Source of the DNA: Chrysomallon squamiferum
Taxonomy: Eukaryota; Animalia; Mollusca
Assembly: GCA_012295275.1 (NCBI GenBank)
Contig: CM022671.1
Location: forward strand, 9,858,001-9,922,000
Direction: 5' to 3'
Length of the DNA: 64,000 bases
The notes under the pieces are model-generated. The model was not told the DNA's origin, did no database searches, and saw nothing but the letters and a program-made list of their open reading frames with translations. Positions 10,751-24,233 of this stretch are shown here, one piece after another. A program made the translations under genes and the position numbers. Each line of letters starts with the position of its first letter. The first letter of the stretch is position 1.

Positions 10751-12443
10751 CAACGACTCAGTCACAATTTTTCAGATGTTGACAAAAATGTCTTCGCCAA
10801 GCCTAGATATTTGCGCAACCCTTTATCATACATTTGTAAACCATTGTCATAGGGTGTTGACACTGTAGCGAACAAGGAATGTGATAACTGCTTTTTACGT
10901 CCAAGTGACGACCAAACACAACTGGGGTCAGAGTCAACAAGTATTTTTGTTTGTCACACACACACAGCGTCATTCCTCTCTGTTTGAGTTACGTCTGCTT
11001 TCGTTTTCGTAACTTTTCTTGTTATAAGGCAAGTCGCACTAATCTGTAGGTAGTCATGCGGTCACGTATAAATGGATATTAATAGAAATAATTCTTCATG
11101 TGTTACTCACTGGGTGACAACAAGCCTGTTTTGTATTGAATGTTAAAAAATAATATTAAACATTTAAAATCATCACTACAATTGCTTCAACATATCGAAT
11201 ATAAAATAAAGATAACTAGAAAATAAGAAAGAAAGAAAAGGAAGTAAGAAAATGATAAAGAAAAGAAGAAATTGAACAATAAATAAAGATAAAGAATTTA
11301 AGAAAGAATAAAAACAAATGGAAAATGGAAAAAAATGATTAATTACATTACAGTATTGTTTACCAATTTGTTAAGCTACATAAAGTAAACGTGATTATTT
11401 ACTATAAATATTTTATAATCTGACAGTAAATATACCACACTACCACCGCAAACATCAGCACTATGTCAAACTTGTTTATTTATAAATTCATAACTCTTTA
11501 CTGATGTTGTCTTGATGTTTTGCATGGTGACATTTTGACTGCTATATCAATCACACTGTTACCTTCTTGTTGTTTTATATCCTTGAGATAAAAAAGCAGA
11601 TTAGTCGACATTTCTTAAATATGTATAGATAGAATACTTAAATAACAACAACAAAAACAAAAAGAATAATTTTTAAAATTTTCACCTTTCGAAAGAACAA
11701 AAAACACATAGGACCCGTTAAAAAAGTTTTATCAGACCAGCAGTTTTTATTTGACAATAAATGCTATTTAAAATGAGTATTTTATAAATTACAATATCTA
11801 AGGGCACAAAAAAAAAAAAAAAAAAAAAAAAAAATCACAAAAAAACAAAAAAAAAAACTGTTGCTTTATATTCGCTGAAAATGTTTATTGTTACTATTAT
11901 TATTATTGTTATTATTATTATTATTATTTAAGAATTAACGCACAAAATACCAACTAGCATTACTTTAAAATTGCTTATTAATTATAACACATGCTGCCTC
12001 AGGGAAAATGGTTTTTTTTTTCTTATTCTTTTTTTTTAAATTTTTTCCTTGACAGAAAATGTGATTAATTTGAAAATATAATGAATTTTGACATTTGTTG
12101 TTACGTAAAACTAAATTTGTCAGTTTAGTGATCGTGCGGATATTTCTGTTATTCAAAATATAGTAGTCAGAATGTGAACACCAATATTTAATTAACTGTG
12201 ACTGCCCTCATTCAACATTTTGATATAATAATAACTTTCATTCTGAAAACTGTATTATGCCTGAACAGAATACATATTTAAAAATGTTGATGTACATCCG
12301 GGTGCGCCACCTTTAATAAAAATATGAGTCGTGAGAGGGCGTTTCTGAATTCTGTTCTGTGACAGTTAAGGTCGCCATTGAAAACTTGTGTGGACTTTGC
12401 ATCCTGAACTGATAATAAAGTTGAAAAGATTCAAGTATAACTC

Positions 12444-12444
<1 letters not shown>

Positions 12445-12501
<57 letters not shown>

Positions 12502-12530
12502 CAACAACAGCAATAATAATAATAATAATA
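12445..12530. repeat. (TAA)n/(CAA)n microsatellite
   Basis: Directly visible. Confidence 0.95.
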
Positions 12531-13176
12531 TATCTGTTTTTGCCTCTTTATTTATGTACATATGTAAAACACGTAGAGGCAGCTACAGTACCGGATGTAT
12601 GTGTCGATGATTATCTGCTTTTATGTCTGCTATGATCATGATAATGTTATTTAATATCATCATCGTCGTCATATTTATCATCACATCATCATTATCATTA
12701 TTACAATTATACTAATATTAATCTAGAGACAATAGTAAGATTAACAGGTTTATTTAGCAATGGGAGACTTACTTGGAATGTTTCCAACACGCCCAAAACA
12801 GTCTGTTATTTGCTTTAATCCTATTATAACATAAGAAGCCTTTAAACAAATAAGCGGATAAGCTGCAGGTAACGTTACACTTCCTACATGAAAGGCATGT
12901 CATGTGAAGATAATGGTTCTTGTGGCATTCATTTAGTGATATACTTAATATCAGTTTTACCTTTATATCTCTAGTTGCTTTTCTTTCTCTCTTTCTTTTC
13001 TTATTTTTCTTCTTCTTTTTTTTTGTCCGAAAAAAGTGTTAATCTGCATTGTTAAATATTTCATTATTATTCATTTAATATCTCCTCTGTTTTATATTTG
13101 CACAACCATTTTTTTTCTCTTTTTTTTATAAATGAAAGAAAACAAAATATAGCTCGATACCATAGAATATAAAAAT

Positions 13177-13215
<39 letters not shown>

Positions 13216-16106
13216 ATAACAATAACATTGTTCAATAAAATAAATCAAACCTCCCTCCTAAAAACAAACCTTGATTCTTTGTCATACAATAAACTAGTAA
13301 AAAACGAAACCTCACAAATATTTCAATCTGGGGAAGAGAGAATTATTGATAATTGCATACTTTTTAACTATTTGTTACCCTGCAAGTGTTAAACGTTAAC
13401 AAGTGCACCAGAGCTGAAAGCTGTCATCATTCATCATTTACAGATGTATGTTGTCAGCAGTGTGTGAAATATTGTTTATAGATACAGAAGTAACGCGGGT
13501 GACGAATGATTTCTGTCAACCATGTTAATTTAAATCAATATATTACAAGTTTAAACATATTACAAATGGTTAATTATTTTATAACCGTATTATTTTTTAA
13601 AATGAAGGTGAAAAGTGTTTTTGAAAAACTTCACACATACACGCACCCACATACATACACATATACACACCTACCCACCCATCCACACACACACACACAC
13701 AATGTTATGAAGCGGCAAGAAAAATCCCCAAAGCGTCCAATCAAATATATAACACAAATAAATAAATAACAATAATAATGGCGATTTGCAACCAAACTGC
13801 AAAACTGATTTTTAATGCAAAATACTATCATCAGTACTGGTTTAGATTAACGACAAAAACATATCTGAAAAAGAATACTTTCCAAACAAAGACGAATTTT
13901 GTACTGATACTAATAAGATTTACACTGAACTAAACACAGTATCGCCCAAAAGGACAAAAGACTCTAATTATTATTACTAATACACGAATCCAGCATTATC
14001 TATATTTACTTCTCAGAGTAGATTAGAGTAAATTGCTTTAATAACACGATATATCAAAATCAACAAAGCACAAACAACCCTGATTCTCAAACAGTTAAGC
14101 TGTCGGTTCACGAACTTAAATCATTGCATGTCTAAACTGGTACACCTCCAATAACTTGTTTTTGGTAGTTGACTGGTTCTTTATTTTCAAGGGGAGTAAC
14201 ACCTACTATTTCGAAATGTGATTGAAACAGTTTAAGTTGAGATTTGAAGTTTGTTCATGGCTGAGACAAAAACGTTCGTTGAATAACTGCATGTTCCGTG
14301 TATATTTACCTATTACACAACACTGTATTTTAAAACGTAATACGGGTAGACTGGGACAGGGCGTCGGCATGTTTCTCATTGTAATGTTATCACGATGACT
14401 TTAACCACAACACTGTCAGACAGATACCACTGTTAATATTGCTACCACTGCTACTGCCTCGACCACCACCACAACTACTACTGATATAGTTACTGCTACT
14501 AGCAATGTTCTACAACTCTGCTGCTACTATTGTAATATTAGTGTTCCAACCATTAGTAACAAATAGAATTATGATGATAATGATGATAACGACGATTATT
14601 ATCATATTTACGATTATGTTGACGATGGTTATGATTAAGATACATGCGTTAAGAAACATTATCTTACTAAAAAAAAAAAAAAAAAAAAAAAAAGTCTTGA
14701 GGACTGATACACTACAGATGTTTGACTTCGCTGTTAAATAGACTCAAGTATCTGCTAGTAATAAAACAAAGCCATTTCGACCGATTTTACACATCTGAGA
14801 AATCATAATAACAGAAATAATAGTGCTTTGTATACCTGACATCAAGGTCAAAACTATTAAAAGCGCTACATGCCACCTGAGACTTCAACTGAAATCTTAT
14901 CTTTCTACTTTATTGTGTCCTACATAACCAGGGGCGAATCTAGATATTTAGAATAGCGGGCGTCCTATTTCCTACATCAGAACATAATTATTCTTGGATA
15001 CTTCTTCTTGAATAACATGAAAATATTAAATTTTAAGAAATGTATATGTAGAGGTAAATCTGTACGAATCGTTTGTATATGGATTATTAGTCTTGTTCTT
15101 CTAATTATTGTTATTATTGTTGTTGTTGTCGTTGTTGTTGTTGTTGCTGCTGCTGTTGCTGCTTCTCTGTTACTGTTTTTGATATTGTCATTAGTGTTAT
15201 TGTTGTTGTTATTTTTTTTTTACAATTGTTGTTGTTGTTAGCGGTGGTGATGAAGGTTAAATATTTCACTCCAAGGTCGCTGTTAGGTTAAGTCGCAGTA
15301 TAAGATGCCGAAGTCACGTATATTACAGAGACACTGGAACACGGTCTTTTCGATGAACTTACCACTACACTTAACGTGTTTTAAGAACTTTCTCTCCATA
15401 TTTCATTCTACATCGTGTTAAGCTAATGTCGAGCCTAATGTTTATATGACATGAATGTCCAGTTATAAAAAGAATTCATAATTATAATATAACATGTATG
15501 TCACGACGCGAAACTGAGCACATCTTTTACGTTTCCTTACGAAGAAAAGAATATAACCTCAAAAACAGATACAAAAACAATAACAATGACCTTTTGTATA
15601 GATTAAAGAGTTTTTATCAAGTACTTTATGATTCATTGGAATCCATATTTAAACAGATTTTTGCCCCAAGATAATAAACATTGATATATGATTCGAATAA
15701 CAGGAGATTATATTCTTTAAACGTGACATACTGGAGATAAAATCTTTAGTGGATTTGGCAAAGATTTATTATTCTACTTTCAGTGGAAAAATAAAATTAG
15801 ACTTTCTTTCTTTTTTTTCTTTTTTTTAAAATTGAGGTCTTAAAACAAAACATCTGTTAGATATAAAATTAATAATAAAAAGGTATGACAGTGTCATAAC
15901 AGTATCATGTAAATGAATATATATTTTGTACATGAATCTTTCAAACTCTCTTACCATACTGTGCATATACTTCCAAGCGTAAATACGTAAATTCATATAT
16001 AAACATTATGACATATGCACCTTTTCACTTGACACGTACACACTTGCAAATAATATACATATATACATTTATAATAAAACACCATGAACCTAAAAGCTTC
16101 TGTTTT

Positions 16107-16224
<118 letters not shown>

Positions 16225-19200
16225 ATGTGTGATTATTTGTTTGCCAAGTAGAGAGTTGACATTCAAAGAATACAAGAGATAAATATAACAGAAAATGGGC
16301 GTGTGTCTATAACAGTGCATACAAATTCAATCCCATATGTCTATTTTTGAAATGCTGATTGTATTAAAATCTGTGCAACGATTTTCGCTTTGTAAATACA
16401 CCAGTATTTACATACATGAAAAATTAATCTTGTTTTGCATTTCTATCACACGTCACTGAGTCATGTTCAGCTCTCTCATGACTTAAATATCAGTGTGCTT
16501 TTGATATCATTATTATTTATTATTTCAGACAAGCCTAGTTATTTCACACATTTTAATGATATTTTAATAGGTATAAAAAATTAATATTTTGTAAGAAAAA
16601 TAATTAAATAGCATACACCCATGTTACAAAAAAAGGAGAAAAAAGTATAGATTGAACAACAAAGTGTCCATTTTACATCTTTTTAAAGACTCTTCGTCAG
16701 ATAATTTTATTATAATGTATGTGTGTGTGTGTGTGTATATGTTTATGGTGTATACATACACATACCTGTTACTCACACGCATACGCACATACACACAAGT
16801 CAACAGACATAAAATAAGCAGATTTTATTCGCAAATTTGTATACGTATAATATGACAGCTGAATCACTGGCGGTTACCCAGGTCACAATATCAGTCCTCA
16901 TGATTCATCCAGACTCACACTGTGCGTTGTAACAACCATCACAATGTCAGAAGTCTGGTATTACAACATGCTAATTACCTTGAAATCATTGCTTCACAGC
17001 GCGCTGAAAGAATGCCCTTCGGGGATAATTTGTGAGACTTAACTGTAGACAAAAGTTATCAGTTTAAAGTTAATGGGAGTTGTGCTTGAAGCGTCAGTTG
17101 CTGTGATTTTCTTGTAGATGAGCAAACCTGATGCCTTCGTAACAAAACACGATTTCACTGCTTTGAGCCGCCGCATCCCGAATATCAACCAAGCCGGTGC
17201 GGTTGTTTGAAAATTGTGAAACGGTCACGTCTATTTTTTATTTTTTATTTTTCTTAAATTAAACTATGAGCTTTACTCTTTTTAAAGAATTTTCTATATG
17301 GAACGTAATTGGACAAAAAGAAGAAGAAAAAAACCGCACACATTACACTTAAACACACATAAACAATTTTAAAGTTCTTAAATTAACTACCTATATAACT
17401 GCTTGTCAGTATTGTAACGTCCTTTAAACTGTATTTCTTACACTTTCGTTATGCCAAAGCCATGTATCAGGTTTACTAAATCTGGGGGGTGAGTGTGTGT
17501 TTCACGTTAGTTTAAAACAAAATACTTTCTCAAATGAAACACAAATACGTAACTGGGCTGTTGGACGTTAACTTTACACTGCAAGAAATACAGTGATAAC
17601 ATCTGACCGAAAGTATGCAGAAAATAATCCAATGATATGAAGAAAATTAAAAATATTTTGATAACTGATTAATATCATTAGCAAAATATCACAAGTAATA
17701 TAATATAATAGAGATCTGAAATAATTAATAATTATATATGTAATGTAATGAACGTTTCTCTAAGATCTTTAGCCAAGAAAAAATATAATTTAATATAAAA
17801 TATACAGGTAACATAATGAATTTATACTGCTCAGCTTCGACGAAAACATTTTCTGAGATATTTAGCTGGATGTCATAAAACAAAACTGCGCAGTATAAAC
17901 GTCTTTTCCAACATCTTTAACCAGATACCAAAAGATGTAACAATATATATGATGTTTATATCATGCAACGTAGTAAAGAACGGTGATATACAATACTCCA
18001 CAGTGATTGTGATACCGGTAATGTATTTCAGGTAGGAACAGATGGTGTCCACCTGTTTCATTCGAATAATTAATAGCAGTTTACAGTAGACAGAATAATT
18101 TATATCTCTCTACTCGTAACAAGGTCGCTGTTTTTCTCAAAGCTATATTTTACAATCAATTTCATGAATCATTCTAAAATGGAAATCTGCAATCATTAGT
18201 GGGAATATTACATCTGGTATGTGGTTCAGTCATGCCGGTCGTGGGCACAACCTCTGAACTTTGCCAGAAATCAATACAAGGTCAACGTAAAATTATTTTT
18301 GTCTGTAGTGTGCTTTTTATATTATGTATAGATATAGGTATAGGTTTAGGCATAGATATAGACAGACAGATACATAGATATAGATATGCACACGACTGTG
18401 ATATAAAATGCAAGAGTTTATTTAATATTAGGCAACGGATTATTGATTTGACAGCTCCTTTTGAGAATAAATTAATAACATGCAAATAAATGTATTATGA
18501 AACGTATAACATCAAAATGTTTAAAGATAATTCATAACACTTTCAGATAAAATACACTTCAGTTGAAAACAACATGCACACAACGTTTTTAACTGACTTA
18601 GAGCAAACAACATCGAAAATCTCAATACATTTTGTGAAATATATACATCAAAAACATTATACATCAATACATAATTAATATTAGAGAATAAAATTATGCA
18701 ATAGCATGATATATCAAAATAACTGAAATGTCAAATAAGAAACACAATTTTTAAAAAATACGTTTTTCTACAAAACGACGTAAACCAAAACAAAATATTA
18801 GAAATAGTGTTCAGATATTTCATCAACAATAATAACAAAGAATTTAAACAATATTGTAATATAATATACCCCAAATTTAAAAAAAAAAAAAAAAAAAAAA
18901 ACTATGAAAATAATGTTTTTAAACAATATAAAAATATAAAAAATAATGATAAAATATTACTTATAATTTCATTCAACATGTCTGTTGTTACTACTGTCAT
19001 CAAGGATATAATATTAAAAGTATCATATATTCTGTGTTGCAGAATGACATCTAATTTTGACCTAATGCTCCTTATAACAGAAAAAACTTTTAGCTTTGTC
19101 ACATATTCGTCTATCCATAATAAAAATTTAAAATATTTCTACATTATTCAGCAAAAATAAGTAGTAATTGTTGTACTGGTATTTTAAATCATTAATAATC

Positions 19201-21280
19201 AATGTATCATCTGTACGAATGATATGAATGAAAAGAGCAGAACTGTAAATATCCATAGGCTGTAATTTACGTGTCAATATCCTGCATAATCTGCTATAAT
19301 AAAAACACAAAATCTATAGATGTGAAAATGGATATGTATCAGTTAGAGAGTCAAAGATTTATTGACTAATATTGTTTTGTGTCTGCAACATCACTATGAT
19401 ATAACATAACAATATTTTTTTTTTATTATTATTATTTATATTGATCCAGCATCTGAGAAAAGAAACGGCAAGATTAATTTCCTACCTGACGCACTGTCGA
19501 CCCAGATTGCTGTTTGCCTAACACTTACACACAGAATCGATGTGGCTTTATGATTCTTCACCTTGCTCTGCTGCCAGTTTAGAATCAGATCATTATAGAA
19601 GACTGACTTGCACAAAAAAAAAAAAAGAAAACAAAAAAAGAAATCCAAAGGAATACACAAATTTATTATCTCTGTTTTACAAAGCCGATACTGACTGACG
19701 CTAGAAAGAATTTAGAATATTCCTGTTTCCAGTTTCAAGCATTAGTGTAGTTATATTTTTGTTGTTATCTGTGATACATAATGTTTTGAGACATTTTTCT
19801 GTTGTCATTTGCAAGAGTAAACTGACTTATCGTAACAGAGTAAGTATGGATTACAAAATATTTATAAATCTTTATAAACCTTGTACCTCAGTATCCCTCT
19901 GTAGTGGTTCTTCGTATTATCATCTGAATTTAAGTTGTGTAATTTGCTTTGTCATTCAGTCCCGTTTCACATTAACATCTACAAGTTTACCATCAGTCTG
20001 GACTAGATTGCATCATGTTGCTTATTACAGACCATTTCTTTTTTAGTGTATAGCGTTCATAAATATTTGCCGTGCGTGCTACTGCGTACGTATGTACGAG
20101 TGGTGTGGGCGTGTGTGTGCATGTGTGTGAACATTATGTACTACGATATTATAATTAGATATCAAGCTTAGATACAGAAAGTTTGCATATGCAAAGGCAA
20201 TGTTACTTTTTGTATTAATGTGGACATAAGCAGTTGATATATAGAGCTTACCTTTTGTCTGAGATGGACTATGACTCAGTAAAATAAGCTACTGAAATTT
20301 AAACTCTGTCCTCAATTTCTGCAAATTTTTCACACAATAAGTCTTTCAAATAACTCCTCGACTGGATGACATGTGAATCGTGTCGCTTAAGTCGCCTGAC
20401 TTAGAACTGTTGTGTGTCTGTAGCAATCAGATACGACAGGCCAACCGTGAAATACCAGTGTCTTTTTATACGTTTTTTTGTGGTCTACCCGAGTTGGAAA
20501 AAAATATATATTTCCTAAATTTGAATCATTACCACAAAACAGGTTATCATGATATTACAGATACACAATACAGTCCATTATAACAGACATACATATCCAT
20601 ATGTATATATGACCAGACAATTAAAATACATTAAAATAAAATATATTACAGATACAAACACACATAAATACATAAATAGACACACACTTACATATATACT
20701 TACAAACTTAGATACTTACAGACAAATATCGATACAGACAAATATATATGTATCGATATGTATGTTTTTTGTGTATAAAACACACAAACCACTAGATGTA
20801 GAAACAAATAAGATGATGTTTTCTCAAATATTAACATAATAATATTAAAAGAAAATAAGTGATCATGATGACTCTGTAAGCACACACAACTGAATGCACT
20901 AACTGGGTTTATAAACGTCTGCCTCGACAAAAAGTAATCTATACAGTTTTGTCACTATTTTTGGTGATCGCTCAAAAAACAACAGTAACTGAAACCGCAG
21001 CTGTTTTTGTCAAAGAATAGTAATCGATTTATCAGCAGCTGTTATTATCGTAAGTAATATATCAAAAGTGTATATCAATAAATAAAAATATCAACAATTC
21101 TGATCAATTATTAATCAATATAGCAGTCAGTTATCGATCAGAGATGTTGATATATAAACCAGTTCTTAGCAAACAACGGTATTTGATATCATCACTTATA
21201 TCACTACATCATCACCAATCACAGATCGTTACTGCAAACTGAATCGTTTTGCCTCACGAAATCATAACAACAAACCAAGA

Positions 21281-21440
21281 ACAACAACAGCAACCACAAT
21301 AACAGTAACAGTAATAGTAACAGTAACAATAACAGTAACAGTAACAGTAACAGTAACAGTAACAGTAACAGTAACAGTAACAGTAACAATAACAATAACA
21401 ATAACAATAACAACAACAACAACAATAATAATAATAATAA
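21281..21440. repeat. Compound (AACAGT)n/(AACAAT)n/(AAC)n/(AAT)n microsatellite
   Basis: Directly visible; it is the source of the poly-Leu pseudo-ORF. Confidence 0.95.
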
Positions 21441-24147
21441 AATTAAGTAGAAATCTATATGAGTTTATTGACTCAAAGTGAGAGACTGGCTTTGAAAAAA
21501 TCTAAACAGGATATTAGCGTACTGAGAAAAGACTGGTCGCTATCAATTACGCTAAAAGGTTTTGGTGATTGCTATAATTGTATGACTGCTGAATACGTTC
21601 AGATAATGAGGGTGAACAAACCTTAAATATAAGAGTAAAAAACGATATTGAAAAAAATAAAAACAAGTATTTCCAATAAAGCTGTTCATAACATGAATTT
21701 GTAATAAAGATTATTTAGTTTCTGATTTTTATTGTTTTATTTTATTTTTTATTATAACATTTTTTAACATTATTATTATTTATTTATTGTATTCAGTTAT
21801 TATTATTATTATTATTATTAATAATTAATTTAAACAAGTAAATTCACGTAATTACAAACAGAAAAACTGGATTCACACAAACCGTACGTCATACAAATAA
21901 ACATACAATGACACACGCGTACTCAAACATCTAAACGTTAATAACAATATAAATAAATACAAAAAATATATATATAATTTAAAAACAAAAACTGACGACA
22001 AATCATATTTGAACTATTAAATGTAAGTCTGTTTTGTGATGATTGATGATGTATATCAACATATTCTTTGTTTGTTTGCCCTCCTGGCAGTGATGCTGAC
22101 AGCGCTGGCGGGCTGCCAGTTTTATTTGAAAAATTACCAATGCTAATATATGGGCCTGGCTTTAAAGCATATAAACCTGCTTCAATAATTTTATACTTTG
22201 TACCATAGTGTGCAACATGCGCTCCGAGTTTCTAAAATATTTCAAATAAGATTATTAGATAAAATTAATAGAGAACTATGTTTTAAACACATTCTCTCAC
22301 AGTTATAAAAGAAGAAAAAAATGTTTTATCTTTACAATATTCTCATATACTTTTTTTTTTATCTACAGTTAGATGACGTCATATTTAAAGATGATTCCGA
22401 TAATGAGAGAGGAAAGCCGCCGCCGCCACGTTATGGAAAACTTTTTTACTAGCAACAAGTGTGCTTTTTGTGCACCTCCCCATTGACGCGACTCTTGATA
22501 AACGATCACGATCCAGTGAGAAGAAGAAGAAGAAGAAGAAGAAGAGAAAAATAACAAGATGAAGTAAATTATAAAAAATAAAATATACTAAGAAATAACA
22601 GAAGGAAAAAAAAGAAGTGGTGTACAATTATTTGCGTAATAAAAGAAATGTACTTAATAAATTAAAATAAAATAAACTGAGTTAAATAAAAATAAATTCA
22701 TTAATATATAAATTAAAGGAGTTACGCCAAATTTTACTGTAGATAAAAAGTTCATTTAACAAATGACAAGGTGACCACAGACAACCTGTATGATATAAAA
22801 TATTATTACCTGCATAACTATGTAATAAAATATTATTACCTTCATAACCGTGCAATTAAACATTTTTATTAGCTGGTCATTTAAATTTCCGCTGATCGTC
22901 GAGAAAAATATAAATCGTTCAGGCAGGCGAGTAATTTCGACTGAATGAATATTTAATAGTTTTCAAAATCTCATCACTTTTAAGTTACCACTGCACATTA
23001 TTTATGTTTTAGAAATTGACTGTATAAACACACTGCACTTAATAATTCAGTTCAGTTTTGACTCAGTGCTAAATCTTTCTTTACTTTTTTTTCTTTTTCT
23101 TTCTTATGTATTATTATTTTTTATTTTTATTTTACATTTTTTCAAATATTGTCGTTATAGATGAAACTATAAAATTATAATATGTATTTTATGGTTTTGC
23201 AGTATATATGATGAAGTTTGTTTATCCAGACACTTTTAGACAAAGAGGAGAATATTAGTGGGGTCAAAGGTTATGTTTCCTCATAATTTAATCCACCTGA
23301 CTGTGTTTGTTCCGAAATAAAAGCTGACAATGGTTTATTGTTTACGGTACTTAAAGGGGGAACCTAAAACACTTTTAAATCCCCCTTCTCCGGCTTTCAC
23401 TGCCCTCATAAACCTTTTATTGTTGTTTCAGACTTGTTTCCTTTCTTACTATTGGTCCAAGACTTTTTATCCCCTTTCTTCTGTTTTCTGTTGGTATTTT
23501 TCTATCTCATTCTCTCTATATTAGATCGATAAATACACCAAAGGATTTTGTCCGGATTTGTTCGAATTACCTGAGGACAGGAGCACAGAGAAGCAATGAC
23601 AAACAAAATTATATTTTGCGAATCTGGGTGACAGGTCCGCTGTTAAGATAATTCCAGCTAAGTGCGTCAGATACTGAACGTTAACGGCAACGTGACAGAC
23701 GATGTGGAGACCACTAAAACATTGTACCGTAACAACATGAATTTAATGACAAAGAGCTTCCATTTTACCTCACTCGATATGAGCTATTTTTATCGTCAGA
23801 ATGTATTCACAGACGACTGCATTTGCGTTCAGTCATATTGTGAAAAAAAAAAAAAAAAAAAAAAAATCGTTAAACCTACCTATTTTCGTTTAGTTATTGT
23901 CCATGGAATTTTACTATTGTGCTTCCGGTTTCTGGGCGAAATAATGTTTTAAAATTTAATAATTTATTGAATAATATATACTTATGCTGTATTGTTCTGC
24001 ATGTATTTATATATATATATATATATATATATGTAAGAATGTACATGTATTTCTATGTGTGCAGTACTGGTGTAAATGTATGGCGATCAGTACAGTATTA
24101 TTTATATAGTTTCTGTTTATTAAATATTAAATTAAAATGTTTGTGTT

Positions 24148-24233
<86 letters not shown>

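Noticed and set aside
17873-18489. GC-richer segments with splice-like sites and 62-96 aa ORFs
   Set aside because: No consistent frame across candidate exons and no recognisable domain.
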